Source of the DNA: Alteromonadaceae bacterium M269
GTDB lineage: Bacteria > Pseudomonadota > Gammaproteobacteria > Enterobacterales > Alteromonadaceae
DNA: 64,000 nucleotides
NCBI GenBank assembly: GCA_004353515.1
Contig: SMNZ01000004.1
Location: 328,360-392,359, forward strand
Direction of reading: 5' to 3'
The notes below the pieces were generated by a model. That model was not told where the DNA came from. It made no database searches and saw nothing but the letters and a program-made list of their open reading frames with translations. Both the position numbers and the translations under genes were made by a program. Shown one piece after another: positions 1-10,637 of the stretch. The stretch's first letter is position 1. Every line of letters begins with the position of its first letter.

Positions 1-1226
1 ACAGTTTGAAATAATGAAGTTGATACCCCACAACTTTGCACTTTGGTTATAAAGGAATGCCTAAAACTATGTAATGTGTATCGTTGACCTTTATCATTAG
101 TATCAGGAATACTCAGATCACTAATCACTGATTGCACGTGGGTAGTCAGTTTGTTTGGTGTATTAGATATTTCAGGAAATAGCTTCTCATTACAACCGTT
201 AACGAATTCTAGAAAACCTAACTTCATAAGTTCTTTATGCAATGGGATAGGTCTAGTCGCAGCTTCAGTCTTACCAGACTCAATCCATAGGTAATGCCTT
301 TTTGTATCCTCATCTAACTTCAAGCTATCTTTAGTTAATCCAACAATGTCTCCTCGTCTAGCGCCAGTATATATGGCTAACAAAACAGTCCATTTCCTCC
401 ATCCATTTAATGAAAGAGCTTTTTCTTTAAGCTTCTTAATCTGTGTATCCGAGAAATTAGCGTAAGAAATTGATTTAACTTCGTATTTGATATTAGCTGT
501 AGGTGATACCTGATAAATATCTTTTTCAACCGTTAGGTAGGTGCTAAAGAAGCTCTGACATAGCTTTAAAAGCTCTTTAACGGTCTTAGCTGATACTTTA
601 TATTTATTATCAATATCTTCTTCATCAACAGCCATAATTTCTGTAACTGTCATCATATTGTAAGGTCTTATATTCCCTTTTGGAAAATCTTGATAGCGGG
701 ATAACAAGCCTTTAATCATCTGCTTGTTGATGTCTTGCACATCTATATCTCCCCAGAATTCAAACATCACTTCGTATAGGCGATTGTTATACTTTGCAAC
801 TTTGTCAGACCAATCGTTTTTATATAACTTAAAGTCATCCCAAGCCTCACTTAACAGGTATGGCCTGTTAGCTCCTGAATCGCTTTCTAACAGCTTCTCA
901 GCTTTTAGATATAGCTCATAGAAGCTATCAGAGCGACCATTACATATACGCTCAACCATGGCTTCTGAGAGCGCTAAAGCCATATATTCAAAATCTATTC
1001 TGTCATGTCTATCTATAGGTGGCTTAGTTTTCAAACCATAGTAAGATGGTTCAAAATGGCCTCCTCCGTCTTTTAAACTATCCCTAATACTAGAATCCAT
1101 AACATCAAACACAGTTGCAGCGCCATAAGACTCTGTATGTCGTTCATGTTCTTTTAAAGTATCTGTCCACTTATAGTCTGTTAATTCAACAAATAGTTGC
1201 TTCAAGCTTGGGTGCGGTTTTTTCAT
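1..1226 (-). CDS. int: Phage-type tyrosine recombinase/integrase. The N-terminus is at 1226; the C-terminus with the catalytic Tyr runs off the window start.
   Basis: Reverse-strand translation from ATG (revcomp of 1224-1226) gives MKKPHPSLKQLFVELTDYKWTDT... It contains LAIYTGARRGDIVGL (box I Arg) and HSFRHSF (box II His-x-x-Arg). There is no stop before position 1, which explains its absence from the ORF track. Confidence 0.85.
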   Translation of the reverse strand, partial: MKKPHPSLKQLFVELTDYKWTDTLKEHERHTESYGAATVFDVMDSSIRDSLKDGGGHFEPSYYGLKTKPPIDRHDRIDFEYMALALSEAMVERICNGRSDSFYELYLKAEKLLESDSGANRPYLLSEAWDDFKLYKNDWSDKVAKYNNRLYEVMFEFWGDIDVQDINKQMIKGLLSRYQDFPKGNIRPYNMMTVTEIMAVDEEDIDNKYKVSAKTVKELLKLCQSFFSTYLTVEKDIYQVSPTANIKYEVKSISYANFSDTQIKKLKEKALSLNGWRKWTVLLAIYTGARRGDIVGLTKDSLKLDEDTKRHYLWIESGKTEAATRPIPLHKELMKLGFLEFVNGCNEKLFPEISNTPNKLTTHVQSVISDLSIPDTNDKGQRYTLHSFRHSFITKVQSCGVSTSLFQT

Positions 1227-1399
1227 GCTTTTGATAGTTTCAATAATTAAAAGATTTCTAGCAATACGAGCTATAGCCCTACTATAACAACACGTGTGGA
1301 GAGAATACTTTATTTCAGAAAAATCAAAGTATCTTTTGAACCGAGTCGGTACTTTATAACGAAAGTAGTAAGTGTTGTTTCTTAATTGGAGGTATTTCA

Positions 1400-1436
1400 A
1401 TTGTGTACCAACCTGTGTCTCAAGTTGTGTACCAAT
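1400..1436. repeat. Two direct copies of (A/G)TTGTGTACCAA, at 1400-1411 and 1424-1435. They lie between the integrase start and the rnpB 3' end and are candidate arm-type recombinase binding sites in the att region.
   Basis: Read directly in the sequence; their position next to the integrase is typical of att arm sites. Confidence 0.3.
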
Positions 1437-1479
1437 CAAACCAATTCAAAAATACCCTTTTAAATTCAAACATTTAAAA

Positions 1480-1844
<365 letters not shown>

Positions 1845-2077
1845 CGCGCAGTTTACGGACAATTCAATTGAACAACAACCCATAAAAGCATTTATAGCCA
1901 GAACAATCGCTCGCCAAATCAACGTCGTTAGTCCCTTAAATACGCTTTTAAAACCAATACCTGAGCTCACAAAATCGGAAACAGTTCGAAACAAGTTTAA
2001 GTCCATAGTTAGCCAGAAAACGTATCAAAATTTACGCACTTTCGTTATTCTGTCGGTGTTAGAGAAGTATCAATAAA

Positions 2078-2110
2078 AAGGAGCTGAAAAAGCTCCACCT
2101 TTTGTTTTTG
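2078..2110. terminator. Palindromic hairpin GGAGCTGAAAAAGCTCC flanked by a T-run on the + strand and an A-run before it (bidirectional, rho-independent-like).
   Basis: Seen in sequence at 2080-2096, followed by ACCTTTTGTTTTTG. It lies between the rnpB upstream region and the aminopeptidase gene. Confidence 0.35.
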
Positions 2111-2217
2111 TGCATCTTCTATCCTCCAAAATCACTGGAAGCGAATGGATGGTGTGCGACGGCTTTTGCCAGCAACTAACACAACACATTAAATACAAAA
2201 ACTAATGAGACATTTCA

Positions 2218-4791
2218 ATGAAACCAGTAAAACACTTTTCTGTGGCATTATTGATGTTGCTATTCACATCTATAACCAGTGCTATGGCAGATGTTGAGTA
2301 TCGACTACCCAGCCATATAGAGCCTACGTTTCAGCGTATTGAGCTAACAGCAGATCCAGATAAACCTGACTATTCAGGAAACACTCAACTCGACCTTAAC
2401 ATTACAAAATCCACAAAAAAGGTGGGCTTCTATCAACGCGGTTTAACAATAACTCGTGCAGTTTTGGTCAGTGGTTCAACAACTATCCCATTGACTGTTA
2501 CAGAGGGTGATTACGATATTAACTGGGCAACTGCCGAAAGCACCATCCCAGCAGGTAAATATCGTTTAAGCCTTGAATTTAATGGCTTAGTAAACACTAA
2601 ATCCGATGGTATGTATTTGTCGGCGTTTGAAGGCAATAACTATATCTTTACCCAGTTTGAAGATATGTATGCACGCCGTGCTTTCCCGAGTTTCGACGAA
2701 CCTAGCTTCAAAATTCCATATCAACTAACCATTAATGCACCTGAAAAACACACTGTTTTATCCAATACCCCCGTTGAATCACGCTCAGTTAACAAAGGTA
2801 TTCAGCGCGTTACTTTCAAAAAAACCAAGCCTATGCCGACTTATATTGTGGCCTACGCTATTGGCGAGATGGACTCACGAGAAATCACTGGCCTATCGGT
2901 CCCAGGGAAAATCTACACACCTAAAGGTCATGCAAATAAAACCAAGTTTGTTGCAAAACATACACCGGGCATATTAACCGCTTTAGAAGATTACTTTGGT
3001 AGCAAGTATCCGTACGAAAAACTCGACTTCATCGCAGTACCAAACTTTACCTTTGGTGCAATGGAAAACGCAGGCCTTGTTACCTATCGTAGCGAGCTAC
3101 TTTTGCTAGATGATGAGCCAGGTCTGACAGAACAACGTGGTCCTCTTAATGTAGTTGCCCATGAGCTTGCGCACCAATGGTACGGTAACTTAGTGACTAT
3201 GGCTTGGTGGGATGATTTATGGCTGAACGAAGCGTTTGCATCTTGGATGGCCAGCAAAGTCATGGGGCAACTTTACCCTGAACAGAATTTTGCTGCTCGT
3301 TTAGTGCAAGAAGGTGCATTCCCCGCCGACGCTAGTCCAACAACAAAGCCGATCAAGAAACTTGTTCGTACTCAGCCTGAAGTTATGGACGGGCTTGGAC
3401 TGAACTACAGTAAAGGTGAATCTATTCTACAGATGATAGAGGCACTTGTTGGCCAAGATGCGTTCCAAAAAGGTGTCCAATCCTACATGCAAAAACATCA
3501 GTGGAGTAACACCGAGGCCGACGACCTTTGGAAAGTACTATCAAGCGTTTCTGATATTGACGTACCTGCAATGATGAAAACCTATCTTGAACAAGCAGGC
3601 TATCCGTTGATTGAATTTGCAGACAATGGTCGCGTTACTCAAACTCGTTACCACCTCGCTGGCGCTAAGGTTAAAGAGCAAGTTTGGACGGTTCCATTGC
3701 CCATTACCTACAAAGTGAATGGTAAATTGGAACGCACGTTGGTCTTCCTTGATGATCAGGAAACATTAGTGGGTCCACTTGCTGAAGCTGACTGGATTTA
3801 CCCCAACGCAAATGCCATGGGTTATTTTCGCTGGAAAGTTCCTGCGAAGAAACTATTCGCCTTACTAGAAGACCTCGGCGAACTCAATAATCGCGAAAAA
3901 AACAATATTCTCAATAACTCGAATGCTTTGTTATTAGCAGGCGAGTTGACTATGGCAGATCATATGTCGGTGTTGAACGCATTAGCAGAAGACAACGATC
4001 CTCAAATTGCCAGAACCGTTATGCGTTCGCTAGGCTCACTGACATATTTGGTAGATGACAACAACGAAGCTAACTTCACAGCATTTGTCGAAGCTAAGTT
4101 ACTTCCATGGTTCGAACGTTTAGGCGTTACCCCTGAAGGTAATGAGTCAGATGATGTTATTCGTCTTCGTCAGGCAGTATTCGCTTTCTTGGGTCGATAC
4201 TCAAAAAGTGATCAAGTCTTAAAAACTAGTGAAGAGCTAGCCTCTGAGTTCTTAAAAGATTCATCTTCAGTATCTCGCGGAATGGCAGCAGGCGCACTGA
4301 GAGCAATCTCTCGTAATGGCAGCACCGACTGGTTCGCAAAAGTTCAGAAAGCTTATGTTGAAAATACAGATGGTAATGTCAGAAACACATTGCTTTCAGG
4401 CATGCGCTTCCCGCAGCCTAACAATGTTAAAACGGTATTAGATTTTGCCCTGCAAGATAGCGTAAATCCAGCAAACGTCATTCGCGTTGTTGCTACGGCA
4501 GCCGCAGCGAATAATGATCAAACTGCTTTTTACGAGTGGATGAATGAGAACTTTGATGCATTGTCGCAAAAAATGCCTTCATTCCACTTATCGAGAATGC
4601 CTGAGTTTGTATCAAATTCATGCTTCACAGACAATATCGCTTTAGCGAAAGCATTCTATGAACCAAGAATGGCTAAATTTGATGGTATGCAGCGTAGCTT
4701 CGATGTCGCTATGGCTCGCGCTAATCAGTGCGTAGAATTGAAAGAACGCAATCAAACAACCTTTAATCAGTTCTTATCTAACGCAAAATAA
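2218..4791 (+). CDS. M1-family zinc aminopeptidase (aminopeptidase N-like) with an N-terminal signal peptide
   Basis: GAMEN exopeptidase motif (FGAMENAGLVTY) and HEXXH-18-E zinc site (HELAHQWYGNLVTMAWWDDLWLNEAFAS). Hydrophobic N-terminus MKPVKHFSVALLMLLFTSITSAMA. Confidence 0.9.
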   Translation: MKPVKHFSVALLMLLFTSITSAMADVEYRLPSHIEPTFQRIELTADPDKPDYSGNTQLDLNITKSTKKVGFYQRGLTITRAVLVSGSTTIPLTVTEGDYDINWATAESTIPAGKYRLSLEFNGLVNTKSDGMYLSAFEGNNYIFTQFEDMYARRAFPSFDEPSFKIPYQLTINAPEKHTVLSNTPVESRSVNKGIQRVTFKKTKPMPTYIVAYAIGEMDSREITGLSVPGKIYTPKGHANKTKFVAKHTPGILTALEDYFGSKYPYEKLDFIAVPNFTFGAMENAGLVTYRSELLLLDDEPGLTEQRGPLNVVAHELAHQWYGNLVTMAWWDDLWLNEAFASWMASKVMGQLYPEQNFAARLVQEGAFPADASPTTKPIKKLVRTQPEVMDGLGLNYSKGESILQMIEALVGQDAFQKGVQSYMQKHQWSNTEADDLWKVLSSVSDIDVPAMMKTYLEQAGYPLIEFADNGRVTQTRYHLAGAKVKEQVWTVPLPITYKVNGKLERTLVFLDDQETLVGPLAEADWIYPNANAMGYFRWKVPAKKLFALLEDLGELNNREKNNILNNSNALLLAGELTMADHMSVLNALAEDNDPQIARTVMRSLGSLTYLVDDNNEANFTAFVEAKLLPWFERLGVTPEGNESDDVIRLRQAVFAFLGRYSKSDQVLKTSEELASEFLKDSSSVSRGMAAGALRAISRNGSTDWFAKVQKAYVENTDGNVRNTLLSGMRFPQPNNVKTVLDFALQDSVNPANVIRVVATAAAANNDQTAFYEWMNENFDALSQKMPSFHLSRMPEFVSNSCFTDNIALAKAFYEPRMAKFDGMQRSFDVAMARANQCVELKERNQTTFNQFLSNAK

Positions 4792-4927
4792 AATTTGAAA
4801 ATAGTGACTTGCCAATCGTTAAGGCAAGTCACTTTTACAACCAGAGCCTATTACTGTTTCAGTTTTGGAAGAGTTAATCGACTAGAATTGAAACACTAAT
4901 ACTTCTCTTAACTTCTATCTTCAGGAT

Positions 4928-7855
4928 TTGACGTTGAATTTATCTAAAGCTCTTCCTTATTTTTCCTCATCTCGCGTCGCCTCCGCCACGAGAATAGTCG
5001 CGCTCACGCTAATCACGATCTTTTCATCAGCTGTTTTAGCGGTGAATGATGTTATCGAAACCCAAGACTGGCAGGTATTTGAAACGGAGAACTTTAGAGT
5101 GCATTACACACCTGAGTTTCGCGATTGGGCGATCTCGAGTGCAAATGAAATGGAAGCTGCAAGAACCGCTATCTTAAGGCAACAAAACCGTGCTTTGTTA
5201 GAGAAGACAGATGTCATAGTGTTTGACCCACTCAATATCTCCAATGGCTACGCATTACCTTTTACCAACAAACCTTTTATGGCGTTATACGCTACTGCAC
5301 CTCAGTCTGATTCAATCATAGGTAATTACCGTAGTTGGCAACAACTCCTTGTATTACACGAATACGTGCACCTAGTTCACTTAGGACAGCCTCAGCGCAA
5401 TCCAATCAAGAGCTCAATCGGCAGACTTTTCGATTGGTACGACATATCAGATGCCAATAAGCCTCGTTGGGTGACTGAAGGTTACGCCACACTTTTAGAG
5501 TCAAAAATGACCGGTAGAGGTCGTCTGTACAACAATCAAGTCGATGCCATCTTAAGGCAGTTTGCCCGTGAAGGAGCTCTCCCGACCTATAGCGGTTTGA
5601 GCGCGACCTCTGGACGTTTTATGGCAGGCTCTCTTGCTTATTTGATGGGCGTACGTTATTTAGATTGGCTCGAGAAGAACTATGGCGAAGACACCCTAGA
5701 TGCAGTTTGGACTCGTATGGTTGCAGTTAAAACCCGCAGCTTTGAAAGTGCTTTTTCAGGCGTATTTGGTAAACCGCCTTCACAACTTTATCAGCGTTTT
5801 GTTGCAGAATTCACCTATGAAGCCATGAAGGAAGAACAGAGTTTTCAGGAAGATCCTTCAAAACTTTGGCTCGATCACAGAGGTAACGCTATCGACCCGA
5901 GCCTAAGCCCTGATGGTAAATTGCTGGCGTTGGTACAAATCAATACCGACGGTGAAGCCATGCTTTATGTTTACAGCACCGAAGAAAACAAAGTTGCTAA
6001 AGATAAATTTGATATTCAACAGAAGATGTTGCTTGAACTCGATCCAGAAGACATTGCTGACAAAGCACCGGAAGTTTTTCGTCGTAAGGTTAAATACAAG
6101 CTACGCCAAACCAACGAAAGGCGCATGTATAACCCTCGTTGGGTAGATAATGAAAGCTTAGTTTATACTGCGCTCAACAAGGACAACCAAGGACATTTGC
6201 ATAAAGACCTTTATTTGTGGGAGCTGAAAAAAGGAAAAATCACACGACTAACCGTCGACCAAAACCTACGACGCTTTGATGTTGATAAAACTAATAGAAC
6301 CGTTATAGCAGAACGCAATCGACACGGTAAATCACAGTTAGTGAGAGTCAATATTGATACTAAAGCAATAACTGCTATCACTGAGCCAAGCTTAGAAGTT
6401 GTTTACGACTTTCCCCGAGTGAGACCTAACCATGAAAAGCAGCTCGCTGTTTTACATGCTGAGCTTAACCAAAATTGGCAATTGTCACTGGTCGACTTAA
6501 ACGACGACTCTCGTCGGACGCTACCGATGCCCAAAGGTTATCAATTTTTGTCTTACCCAGAATGGGCTGCCGATGGCAAAAGTATTTATTTCGTTGCTGG
6601 TCTAGATAAACAGGTAAACATTTACCAATATCACTTGGAAACCGAATCCCTAGAACAAATCACGCAAGGGCAACAAGCGATTAGTTGGCCCATGCCGACA
6701 CCGAATAATAGTCTCCTGCATCTTGCCATTAACTCTTTAGGCCCTGATGTGCACGAAACACAATTGGATGAAGCACTCATTAGCCGTGTAGAAAATACAA
6801 CAACAACTGGCGAACTTGCTTTCATCAACAGCTATGAACATCAACTACCACCAGCGACCATTGACTTGAGTACTGAGGGCGGCCAAGAAAGGCCGTACGG
6901 CTTAGGACAACAGAAAATAACCGGGACCTTATCAGCAAACTTCTCAAGCCCCTCAGCTAACCTACTCGAGGTAGGCATTAAAGGTGGAGATTTATTGCAA
7001 CGGCTTGATTGGCAAATCAGCTACAGTCAGGATATTTCTCAGAACTCACTGTCTGGTTTTGCGGCAAATGGACGCTGGCAAGGCTGGCCAATAAAAATAA
7101 CGGCCCAAGTCTACGATTTTAAATTGGAGCCATTTAAACAACACGATCGCGTTGCTCTGGAACAGCAGGACTTCAGTGGATTTTTTGTTGAAGCAGCTTA
7201 TCCATTCACTGTAGGGGAATTAAGAATAAAACCAGCTGTACAACATCATACTCAAGAGATTAACAATCGCGATGTTGATTACTGGAGTGCGTTGGTTCAA
7301 CAGAGCTGGCGACTCAACAACCAGAACTGGGGCTTACGCCAAAACGTTCAGTGGCAATGGCTAGACGGCGAAGCAGATATCCTTAATCCTGACGGGCTTA
7401 TTAGCAATAGCAATTGGCAAGGTATCAACGGCAAAGCATCTTTTGGAGGCCACTGGCAAAAGACTTCTTTCGACGTATCAACACGCTGGGCAAAGCGCTT
7501 CGATTCAGAGCAACCCTTATTGAGTTTAGGTGGATTTGAGTCAACCCTGCTAAATGCCAATGTGCACGCCAATATTTTGTTTTCACCTGAACTCGCATTC
7601 TTTAATCAGCAAACCAACGATTACCGCTACTATCAGGCTGCCTTCTCTTATACTGAAGCGCCTGTTTTCGGCTTCTATGGTCGCCACAAACTGCAAGAAG
7701 ACATTGATGTGTATGGGTTTAAAGGAAAAAACAACGTCGAGTTTGCGGGAACCGGGCTGAGTGATGTCATTATCGAATACGGTATTGTTCAAGTGAACCC
7801 TGAATTTGATGAATCCAGTACGGAAGCTTGGCTAGGTTTGTATTATCAGTTTTAA
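4928..7855 (+). CDS. Large secreted/outer-membrane multidomain protein: N-terminal HExxH (putative metallopeptidase-like) region, TolB-like beta-propeller repeats, C-terminal beta-barrel-like region ending in a terminal Phe
   Basis: 975-aa ORF with a signal-like N-terminus (RIVALTLITIFSSAVLA). It has an LVLHEYVHLVH motif, WD/TolB-like repeats (SPDGKLLALV, WAADGKSIYFVAG), and a C-terminus ...LGLYYQF typical of OM beta-barrels. The start codon is uncertain because the track uses TTG. Confidence 0.55.
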   Translation: MTLNLSKALPYFSSSRVASATRIVALTLITIFSSAVLAVNDVIETQDWQVFETENFRVHYTPEFRDWAISSANEMEAARTAILRQQNRALLEKTDVIVFDPLNISNGYALPFTNKPFMALYATAPQSDSIIGNYRSWQQLLVLHEYVHLVHLGQPQRNPIKSSIGRLFDWYDISDANKPRWVTEGYATLLESKMTGRGRLYNNQVDAILRQFAREGALPTYSGLSATSGRFMAGSLAYLMGVRYLDWLEKNYGEDTLDAVWTRMVAVKTRSFESAFSGVFGKPPSQLYQRFVAEFTYEAMKEEQSFQEDPSKLWLDHRGNAIDPSLSPDGKLLALVQINTDGEAMLYVYSTEENKVAKDKFDIQQKMLLELDPEDIADKAPEVFRRKVKYKLRQTNERRMYNPRWVDNESLVYTALNKDNQGHLHKDLYLWELKKGKITRLTVDQNLRRFDVDKTNRTVIAERNRHGKSQLVRVNIDTKAITAITEPSLEVVYDFPRVRPNHEKQLAVLHAELNQNWQLSLVDLNDDSRRTLPMPKGYQFLSYPEWAADGKSIYFVAGLDKQVNIYQYHLETESLEQITQGQQAISWPMPTPNNSLLHLAINSLGPDVHETQLDEALISRVENTTTTGELAFINSYEHQLPPATIDLSTEGGQERPYGLGQQKITGTLSANFSSPSANLLEVGIKGGDLLQRLDWQISYSQDISQNSLSGFAANGRWQGWPIKITAQVYDFKLEPFKQHDRVALEQQDFSGFFVEAAYPFTVGELRIKPAVQHHTQEINNRDVDYWSALVQQSWRLNNQNWGLRQNVQWQWLDGEADILNPDGLISNSNWQGINGKASFGGHWQKTSFDVSTRWAKRFDSEQPLLSLGGFESTLLNANVHANILFSPELAFFNQQTNDYRYYQAAFSYTEAPVFGFYGRHKLQEDIDVYGFKGKNNVEFAGTGLSDVIIEYGIVQVNPEFDESSTEAWLGLYYQF

Positions 7856-8066
7856 CATAAATTGATAAAGCCCAACTCTGCTGACATATGGGTAAATAAC
7901 ATTAGCATCAATCGTAAAACCGTGTTGGATACAAATTTAGCCCTACACAAAATGTTGATTTATAAGACTTTATTTCTTTTCGTACTGGGATGGACAGCTT
8001 CCATAACACAGGGTTAGAATGCAGCCACAAACGACAAAATAATAATTATAAATAGTTGGTGTCACT

Positions 8067-8525
8067 ATGTTTACTCAGCGTGCACATGGTAATTGGGATA
8101 TCCAATTACTAGAGTCCATTAATGTTGTATTGATTAAACGCGGCGGCGCATGGAATAAAGAAGCGGCTCTGCAATATGTCGATGAATTCAAACACAAAAT
8201 CCGACCACTTATAGGCCAAAACTGGGCTTCTGTTGGTTATGCTGTTGACTACGGCTTAGGCGTTCCAGAGATGGATGAGGTGATTAAACAGCTTTATCAG
8301 TGGATGGTAAAAAACGGATGTGTCTGTCAAACCACTGTGGTCAAAAGCGTTATAGGTGCTCAGCACTTATCAAGAATGGCCTCAGTTGCTTCCGATATCT
8401 ATCAGCTGAAGTTTGTACATTCGCCTGAACAAGCCGTAGAGTTTGTGGAAACACTCGGTTTCCAACTTCCTCTGGAACAGCTCGTTCAGTTCATTGAAAA
8501 GCCTTACCCTGATAGGATTGATTAG
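8067..8525 (+). CDS. Hypothetical protein
   Basis: 152-aa ORF in an intergenic-sized gap. No recognisable motif. Confidence 0.45.
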   Translation: MFTQRAHGNWDIQLLESINVVLIKRGGAWNKEAALQYVDEFKHKIRPLIGQNWASVGYAVDYGLGVPEMDEVIKQLYQWMVKNGCVCQTTVVKSVIGAQHLSRMASVASDIYQLKFVHSPEQAVEFVETLGFQLPLEQLVQFIEKPYPDRID

Positions 8526-8547
8526 AGTGCCTTCGGTTACTCTAGTT

Positions 8548-9108
8548 TTAGTTAAGAGCTCTATCTTTCCAAAACTTTGTGCCCTTCACAGTTGCTTGTA
8601 AGGCCAAACCCGCTTCGGTGACTTGATAAATCTCAATATCATCTGCGACAACCTCTGCACCGGTTGCTGCTCCTTTATCTGTCGCTTTAGCCGTTGCATC
8701 AGCTTGGGCACCAAACACCCACCCCGTATCAACGAATCGCTCAAAGGCAGTCTCTGATTTGAACACCATCAAAACACGAAAATCCTTAGCACCTATTCCC
8801 AGACCTAGACCTGCTTCTCCCATTTTCATATAGGTATCTTTACCGGAAATATTATTATGTGCGAGTCCATATCCGCCGGAGAAACTAGCGAAGATCAAGT
8901 TCACATTAGCATTACTAAAAACCGCATACCCGGGAGAATCGCTCAGTTTAGGTTTCACACTAGGATAAGCATTAACGATATCCGCAATAGCGAGGTCGCG
9001 CATGTCATTTACTGCTTGCCGACGCTCCCCTAAAGTCTGATTGCCTGTGTTCACACATCCAGACATGAACAATAAGATAACTATCGCAGACATATAATGT
9101 TTAAACAT
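8548..9108 (-). CDS. Lipoprotein with Gly-rich repeats, possibly SYLF/Ysc84-like lipid-binding domain
   Basis: Lipobox LLFMSGC after a hydrophobic N-terminus. GAGGAA RBS 6 nt upstream of the ATG for MFKHYMS (start trimmed from 9135 to 9108). Repeated G-x-G-G motifs. Confidence 0.55.
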   Translation of the reverse strand: MFKHYMSAIVILLFMSGCVNTGNQTLGERRQAVNDMRDLAIADIVNAYPSVKPKLSDSPGYAVFSNANVNLIFASFSGGYGLAHNNISGKDTYMKMGEAGLGLGIGAKDFRVLMVFKSETAFERFVDTGWVFGAQADATAKATDKGAATGAEVVADDIEIYQVTEAGLALQATVKGTKFWKDRALN

Positions 9109-9255
9109 TTTAAATTCCTCACAATTGAGCATCATTAACTTGTATTAAAAACATAAAGTTAGGGCATGTACTGACGCATAAGTTCACTTTATGTCATTAA
9201 AAGTAGATGGAATGTATAGGGTCACTTTATTTACAACTAAGGATATCCGAACTTC

Positions 9256-9459
9256 TCATTCTTGCAGAACTCTTTGGCGTTTACCCTTTCTATAGGCACT
9301 GGGCGTTTGATTAAATGCTTCTTTAAAGCGCCTAGAGAATGTCGAGAGATATAGATAACCGCAACGCTCCGCGACCTTCTCTAAAGATAGAGAGGTGTTT
9401 TCCAACAACCTTCGGCTTTTCATCAATCTCCATTTAGTCAAATAAGCGATGGGAGGCAT
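9256..9459 (-). pseudogene. C-terminal HTH remnant of an AraC/XylS-family regulator; the N-terminal ~200 aa are missing
   Basis: The 67-aa ORF matches only the second AraC helix-turn-helix (…YLYLSTFSRRFKEAFNQTPSAYRKGK). An upstream in-frame stop falls within 40 nt, and only ~270 bp remain to the next gene. Confidence 0.45.
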
Positions 9460-9750
9460 GCCTACTAAATGAGAAAAAGTATCGCAAGGAACTCAGTGTT
9501 CCCGCTACTATGCGACTCTTAACATTACTAGCGCTACTCTCTAAAAATAGCCACTTCTCAGTCGGATGTTACTGTGAATGTGAAAGTAGGTGTCACCGTT
9601 CAATATTAAGAGAAGTGCTAAAAGAAAATGGTGCCTCCATGGAGTAATCGCTCGTAACCTGAATTCAGGTAAAATTCGTAGACAGTTGATCCATATAGTT
9701 AAATCTGCTTCTATAGATTCCGTTGTTGGTTGGATAAAGGAAAAAGACTC

Positions 9751-10365
9751 ATGAGAAAGGTATCAAAGCAATGTATCGTAGCGAGCACACTATTTATATC
9801 AGCTCTGGCTTATAGTATCCCTAATGCCCCAACCAATGAGCAAGATAGTCAAGATGTTAACAACAAAGAAAACGTCGAGGTCATCGAAGTTTATGGTCAG
9901 CGTTCACTGGACTTCTTTCGCAGTGAGCTTCGACTAGCAGAGGATAGTTTTAACGAGCTCTACAACTCACTAACCGATAACGAAGACTACTACACAGAGT
10001 GCGCTGTTAATCTCTCTTCTGCTTACAAAATTAAAGTCCGTGAATGTCATGTTAAATTTGAACTCGATATCAGAGCTGAAGCTGCGCAGATAGGTCGAAA
10101 CTGCGGCTCACGGAGCTTTAGCTGCGCAACACCCAGCCCTGCGGCTATTAACAAAAGAATTGCGAAACGACGTTTAGAGTATGTTCAGGATCTCAAAAAA
10201 CATGTCGAATCCAATCCTGAATTAATGGCTCTACTGATTAAAGTGCAGGAAGCTAAAACGAACTTAGAAAAAGCACATCTTGCCAGATGGGGAAAGCTCT
10301 CAGAGCATTACTATACCGCGTCAAAAACAGAGGATGCTCAAACACACACAGAAGACAATCAATAG
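9751..10365 (+). CDS. Secreted hypothetical protein (signal peptide, several Cys)
   Basis: ATG at 9751 preceded by AGGAAAAAG. N-terminus MRKVSKQCIVASTLFISALAYS. No family recognised. Confidence 0.5.
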   Translation: MRKVSKQCIVASTLFISALAYSIPNAPTNEQDSQDVNNKENVEVIEVYGQRSLDFFRSELRLAEDSFNELYNSLTDNEDYYTECAVNLSSAYKIKVRECHVKFELDIRAEAAQIGRNCGSRSFSCATPSPAAINKRIAKRRLEYVQDLKKHVESNPELMALLIKVQEAKTNLEKAHLARWGKLSEHYYTASKTEDAQTHTEDNQ

Positions 10366-10387
10366 CGTTTGTTAGAGCAGTTTTGAG

Positions 10388-10627
10388 CTAATTTGAGATA
10401 GGCTTTTCAAGCTCAGCTATAGCTTCGCTAACACTATCTATTCGCACATTAAGTGCAGCTTGCGCATCGTAAAGACCTTGATTATAAAAATGTGCACCGA
10501 AGTTTTCACCGATAAAATCGAGTAAAAACTCGGCATCAAACTGCCCAAGCTCCATATCAAGCTCACGGCTACAATAGCTCTGTAGCTTTAAAATAAGTTG
10601 TTCTTTGTCTGCTTGATTCAGTTTCAT
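10388..10627 (-). CDS. Small conserved hypothetical protein (DUF2164-like)
   Basis: 79-aa ORF 10 nt downstream of the phnA-like gene. Family assignment is by memory only. Confidence 0.4.
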   Translation of the reverse strand: MKLNQADKEQLILKLQSYCSRELDMELGQFDAEFLLDFIGENFGAHFYNQGLYDAQAALNVRIDSVSEAIAELEKPISN

Positions 10628-10637
10628 TTCAAACTCA

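Noticed and set aside
724-921. 65-aa + strand ORF
   Set aside because: It lies antisense inside the integrase coding region and is a frame artefact.
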